Source: Klebsormidium nitens
Lineage: Eukaryota; Plantae; Klebsormidiophyceae
Direction of reading: 5' to 3'
Assembly (NCBI GenBank): GCA_000708835.1
Contig: DF237040.1
Coordinates: forward strand, 124,001 to 188,000
Length of the DNA stretch: 64,000 nucleotides
Shown here: positions 58,494-64,000 of the stretch, piece by piece
How the letters are laid out: every line of letters starts with the position of its first letter
Position numbering within the stretch: position 1 is the first letter of the stretch
Notes under the pieces: generated by a model
The model's input: the letters and a program-made list of their open reading frames with translations, nothing else
Told to the model about the DNA's origin: nothing
Databases searched by the model: none
Position numbers and translations under genes: made by a program

Positions 58494-61400
58494 ATGCCTC
58501 GCTACCGAGGCTCTGGTCTTGCCGTCCTTCTTTTGGCAGTATGTTGTCTAACCGCTGCAGTATCTGGTCAGATTGATGATGGGGCGGCGAGCGAAAAAGT
58601 CAGTCTTCGAGGGGCGAGCAGCCTAACCCTAGAAAAGGACCACGGCCATAAACCAGAGCAACTAGGACAACAGGGAAATTCTCCAGAGTTCCTCACAGAG
58701 GCGCTGTCTGCGGAGGCTGCCTCTAGGGTCCCAAGCATCAACACTGCGAAGGCGCCCCCCCTGAAACCCCGAGTAGCGCCCGTGACGGTAGCCTTTCTGA
58801 CGGTTCTCATGGCTCTTGCAACTGGCCTGGGGTCTGTCCCCTTCTTCTTTCTAGACATGAAGGGGAAGGGTTACGCTGGCATATGCAATGGGATGGCCTG
58901 CGGAGTGATGCTGGCGGCTAGCTTTGGGCTATTGCACGAGGGGGAGGCTTATGGGGGGGCGGAGTGCGTGGTCCTTGGTGTGCTCTTGGGGGGACTGTTC
59001 ATCCTTGCAAGCCAGAAGGTGGGGGAAACACCCTTTTCCTCAGTTTCTTATTCTGCTCAGCGACATTGTTCCGTCGTGTCAGAGGTGTCATTGATGTGCG
59101 TCATGCATGTAGAGGGCACACGGTCGTTCTCTGCCTTAAGGGGCCGAAATGGTGAATGCTGTTGCTGGCTCGGTTGATGGCTGGGGTCAATGGCAGACGC
59201 AGCTCATGCCAGGGAGTGAGGGGGCTTTCTTACTTGGTATGAGAAAGAAAGGCCGAAGTGAGCTAGGGGATCCCTTTCCAACCGCGTTGAGTTTGACCCA
59301 ATTGCAAGTTACTTGCAGCTGCATTGCATGCAGCTGAACGTCAAAATCAGCTCACGTCAGATTTGACTGTTTCCGCATTCAACCACATTCAGCAAGTGTT
59401 CAGTGTCGGATCATTTTTTGAACGTCGGCAGCAGGCACCCCGCAGCAGGAACTTGCATTCGGCTTGCAGCTCTCTCTTGTAGAGGGTAATGGAGTCTTGG
59501 CCCCGGACCCTCTTAAATTCGATGTTTGTGGAAGCGATCACATTTAGTCCCACATCGTCTTTGGAGCCAGTTTTTCAAATGCGTCTCTATCATTGCTTGT
59601 GTTCAAAGCCTGCTTTCCCTAGGCAGGGCGATACTCTCTGGCTGACCTTCGTCAAGCACCTGACACATGTCCGTTCCTTGCAGTATATGGCCCAATTTGG
59701 TGAGGTTAAACTGATGTCACTGGAGGGTGTCAATGCGCACAAGGCCGCCCTCATTGTAGCCATCATGACACTACATGCTTTTGGCGAGGGGGCTGGAGTG
59801 GGGGTTTCATTTGCGGGGCCTCGAGGGCTTCCGCAAGGGCTGCTGGTGACGATCGCCATTGCGGTGAGTCGAAGACCCTTTGCCGACCAGCGGACGTCTG
59901 TCTGTGTGGCAGTGGATGTTCGCTAAAACGGGTTTGGGGAGCTTTTTCCGGTGCGCTCTTGACGTTCTCCACATGGTCATGTATTTCCAAAAGTTCCTTG
60001 TGGAACAATTCCTCTATCTTGAAATGGCTGAGGTCCAGATTCCAGCACGGAAAAGCTGAGGTAAAACACGTGGTTAGTTTGACTTAGTCCAAATACCGTC
60101 CTTTCTGGCTCCTCTTTTCCTTTTGGTAGGCAAGTCTCTCCAGCGCATTGCAGTCGGCATGTCAGATCAAATGTAGCGGTTTTTGTCCCAACTAGCTTAC
60201 AATCTTTGATCTTCTTCCATCAATTCCTTGGCCCATGCATATAACTTCCCAGCTTTCAAGGTGGTGCTCTTACAGTAAACACTTTTTGAGTTTCACCACT
60301 CTCTCAAACTTTGAACTGCATCAGGATCATTTGTCATTCTTCATTTATCTCACCGCGGCTCTCAGATCCGACCTTCAAAGATCACCAAAGTAAATTGCTG
60401 TTCAGCTATTTGAGTTTTGATGTGCCTCAACAGACTTCGACCTGTACTGTGACTCTTTTTCCTCGGCCCCTCGGTTATTTCTATTGTTAGGTCTGTCCAG
60501 CAGCCCTGGTGTGGGGGCGACTCGTTTCCCTTCCTAGTTCCTGCAACTTCCAACACAGAGAGAGCCTAGGTCAGCTCCCTGGCAGATGCAGAACTCTCAC
60601 AAAAGACCTCTTGGCCAACGTAAATACTTCTGTTCTGTGGACCTGTAGTGCACCCTCCCTGTCCTCACGAGCCTACCTTAACCACGCTCATCACAGCGCA
60701 ATCTTTGGAGAAGACCTCTTCCTGGTTTTTCCGAAAGTACACGTCTGGTTTGCGCGTGATTCTATCTACATAGGACGTCAGCGAACTTGAAACCAGTGAC
60801 GTCGTTCCTGATAGATCTTCCAGAAAGTTGTCGTTCTGAAGCCGGACCTCAACCACTGTCAACAAATCCGTAGGTGCACGAGTCTGCCGGCCAGCATGGT
60901 CCTTCTCTTCAGACGCCAACTTGAACTATTCAGTGGAGCCAAAATATTTTGCCCAAAAAGTCCACCCGCATGTAGTAAGTCTCAACAAACACGTCCAGGT
61001 ACACAAGATCTTGGGGTGCCTGACGGTCAGCATGGTCCTCTCCTCGAATGGCTTTAGCAAACCCAATTCATTGGTTTATGACCCCACTAGACCCTTCAGC
61101 AGGTTGACCACTGGAATCCAAATTATCAACCCTCAAGCAGCGTGTCTTCCTCCCGAACCCAAACCTTTACCACTCCCAACAAATCCGTCGCAGGTGCACA
61201 ACATCCCCGAGGGTCTGGCGGTCAGCATGGTCCTCTCCTCGAAGGGCGTCAGCGCACGTCGCGCCATGCTCTGGAGCATCATCACTAGCTTACCGCAGCC
61301 GCTGGTTGCGGTTCCCGCCTACATGTTTGCCGAGACGTTCACCAAGTTCTTGCCGCTGTGCATGGGCTTTGCCGCGGGGTGCATGATATGGATGGTCTTT

Positions 61401-63297
61401 GCGGAGCTGCTGCCAGACAGCCTGGAGGTGGGGCGCCGTTTTCTTAACCCTTTCGAAACTTCAGTTGTGCAGCGTAACCCACCAAGGAACGCATGTTCCG
61501 AGTGACCGATATCATAGGATAATATCATACATTGGTAAATTGATCCAGCCCAAGCAACAATCGGTTTCTTTTGTTTATGTACTGGCGTTTTCTGAAAGAA
61601 TAGAGCAGGGGGCGCTTGCTTCACCCCCTAGTTCCCCTGTTCGGCTTTTTCTGCGACGGGTTCCATTGTCTTCTGTGACGGGATCCCTTCGTTTACGTTC
61701 TGCGTGCTTACGCTCGTCGCCTCTATCGCGTGTTGCTGCTTGCGCTGGCTTTGACGTCAACATCTGGCATCACTGAGCCGGGGAAGTATATCTGTTGGGA
61801 GAAGGCTCTGACGGGTTCCCTTCGTTTGTGCTGGGGTCTTTCGCCGTTGTGTTGTAGCACAGAGGTGCGTGGCGGCTGATCCACGTGGATGGTTTGTGTT
61901 GCATATGTTTCATGAACGGTGCAAGTGCTCGTTCTCAAGGGCTCGACAACCGCAATTGACACCAGCGTAAATCTCGATGTCAAAGCCTGAAATTCTCTTG
62001 ATTGAAAAGATGCTCATATTGAGCAAAGGTTTTGGTCGCCCTTGCTTCGAGGGGTTTGACAGCAAGATTGCTGGGTCGAGCTGTTAATCACGTGTACAGG
62101 ATCGTTCGAGCCAACTCCAGGATCTGCTGCTGATTCCTGCTTAAAAAGTTGTTCTCTTGTTGGAGCTTGTGCATATCTAACATAGGTAAGACGTCCTCAG
62201 CGCCTTACTGATTCGTGGATCGTTCAGCCAATTACACCTTTATTCGTCGCTTCGTGGGAAGCCAACCCCATCGCCAAATCCGCCTCCTTATCATAGGACG
62301 CTTCGTGGAGCAACTCGACCATCGCTTATGGTCGCCCTGACCAGTGCTTATTCTCCTGCAGGAAGCCAGTCCCACGGCAATCGCCGCATCTGCCACCCTC
62401 TCCATCGCTTTCATGGAGGCTCTCAGCTGTTTCATGAAGACGTTGGAGCAAGGCCCTGGTTCTCAGAAGCGCTCCCCTTCCACCCCCCTCCTCTGGTCTC
62501 TTCTCTTTGGTCTCGGTCCCGCTTTCGGAGGTCTTTTGGCCGTTTTTGCGCAGCGCGTCGCAAAGTTTTCGCAAGCCGGGATGATGGGAGGAGCGGCGGG
62601 GCTCATGCTCGCGCTCGGCGCGGCTCGACCAGTACAATTGCTTTTGGGGGATCATCCGCCGTGGCTAAACATGGTTTTGTTTCTAGGGTTAGGCGCGGTT
62701 ACGTTCGGGTTAGTGGGTCACTGGGCCGTCGGGCGGGGCGTGCATAAGAAGACGGACGAGGAAGAGGCGGTGCTCAAGAGTGACGGGAAATTGTTGGACA
62801 CGCCGGTTTCTAAAGCGGCCATGTTAGCGGTGACGGCGATTTTGATCCACGCATGGGTTGAGGGTTTGGTGCTTGGGGTTGCGGCTCGGTTAGCGGAGGG
62901 CAACATCGGTTTGCACATGCTAGCCCCAGTCGTGCTGCATAGCTTGCCCCGGGGGGCGGCAGTGGCCGCCATAATCGGCGCTCTTAGCAAGAGTCCTCGG
63001 GGCGCGTTACTGAGTTCGGCGTTGTCAGGGTTCGCGGGACCGGTTGGAGCCGTTGTGGCGTTAGCACTTGGGATCAGGCGGTTACAGCCGTTGGATGATG
63101 TGATGATGCTTGCGAGCGGAGCAATCATTCTGGGCGCGTGGAAGCACCTGCTGCCAAGGGCTTGGAGGTTAGATGGAAGAAGAACGCTGGCGGGGCTGTT
63201 TGTAGGAGCCGGTTTTGCTGCGATGAGTTTCTGTGGTACGCATCTGTTGTGCGCACACACATTCTTGTGCGTAGCTGCTCCTGATGCAGTGACTTGA
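58494..63297 (+). CDS. ZIP-family (ZupT/GufA-like) metal transporter, At3g08650-like, ~624 aa, 4 exons, signal peptide
   Basis: join(58494..59018,59684..59863,61194..61427,62362..63297); the start could be 58452. Motifs ALATGLGSVPFFF, NGMACGVMLAASF, TLHAFGEGAGVGVSF, AIAVHNIPEGLAV, SLPQPLVAVP, GFAAGCMIWMV, HAWVEGLVLGV, LHSLPRG, APDAVT*. Confidence 0.94.
60862..61060 (+). repeat. Two degenerate copies of acceptor + start of ZIP exon 3
   Basis: AG|GT(G/A)CAC starts at 60874, 60999 and 61194 (the real exon). The 60999 copy reads VHKILGCLTVSMVLSSNG against VHNIPEGLAVSMVLSSKG. Confidence 0.9.
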
Positions 63298-64000
63298 CTT
63301 CGTTTCGGGTTACTAATAGTTGGTGTGGATAGTAATTTTCTTTTTAAATTCGTGAAAGCAAATTTTAACTCAACCTTCTTTTTGAAGTCACCCACCTTGC
63401 TTTGCACAACGGGATTCAACGAAGCCTATGGCCCGATGAATTTTGTGCGATCATTGTGGCTCCGGCCTTCATAATTTCGAGTCTGGCTGCTTCGTTAGTT
63501 GCTGTTTGGGCATTAAGCGACTAGGCAGTATGCCAGGACGGCAGGCCTTGGAGTACCACTAGCGAGTCATTGTGCATTCGATCATGGAAGTGTTTTTCGA
63601 TTGACCTATGATTCGGTTTTGTTTGATCGCAGGCCGCTAGCTCGCGTTACGCCGCTATTCACAAATCTACCTCTGATTGACACGCCTCGCATTGAATACA
63701 ATGTTATCTTAGCAAGCGCCTGGGTCGCGGCCGCCGGGGCGTATCAGTAATTTACTGAAACTTCTTCACACGCATGATAGGATGGAGCGCCCTTGACGGT
63801 GTGTAGCATAACGTATCACACATATATCCGCGCAGCCGCATGGACATTTCTAGCTCAGCAGGCCCCTGTACCGGCGAGTGACCACGGTTGGGCTGACTGC
63901 AATAGGCACAACCGTCAACGTCACCTTGTAATAATATATGGATGTCTGTCGCGGGCAACATGCGTGACCGTAGCTCAGCACACGGATGAGAGCTCTCGTC

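Overview
Intron-rich eukaryotic nuclear DNA (GT-AG introns of about 0.1-5 kb). The gene set is plant-like, and a streptophyte alga such as Klebsormidium is my inference, not a database result. I reconstructed ten multi-exon genes by hand with consistent exon phases: a GH99 endo-alpha-mannosidase/mannanase (-), an At4g19190-like CIR/CWC25-N zinc-knuckle protein (+), plastid MsrB (-), PNO1 (+), an EID1-like F-box protein (-), VPS37 (-), APC6/CDC16 (+), a 118-aa secreted 8-Cys protein (+), an unrecognised ~1200-aa type I membrane protein (+) and an At3g08650-like ZIP transporter (+). There is also one terminal exon at the left edge and one Tc1/mariner-type MITE with perfect 25-bp TIRs and a TA target duplication. 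Two signals stand out. (1) Introns throughout the window carry serial, decaying tandem copies ('echoes') of the adjacent splice junction plus exon sequence; one differs from its exon only at synonymous sites, and one array has an exact 167-bp period. (2) The ~800 bp before the small secreted Cys-rich gene holds 23 GTAC cores against about 3 expected, the signature of an SBP-domain (CRR1/SPL7-type) copper-deficiency promoter. No rRNA, tRNA or CRISPR array was seen.
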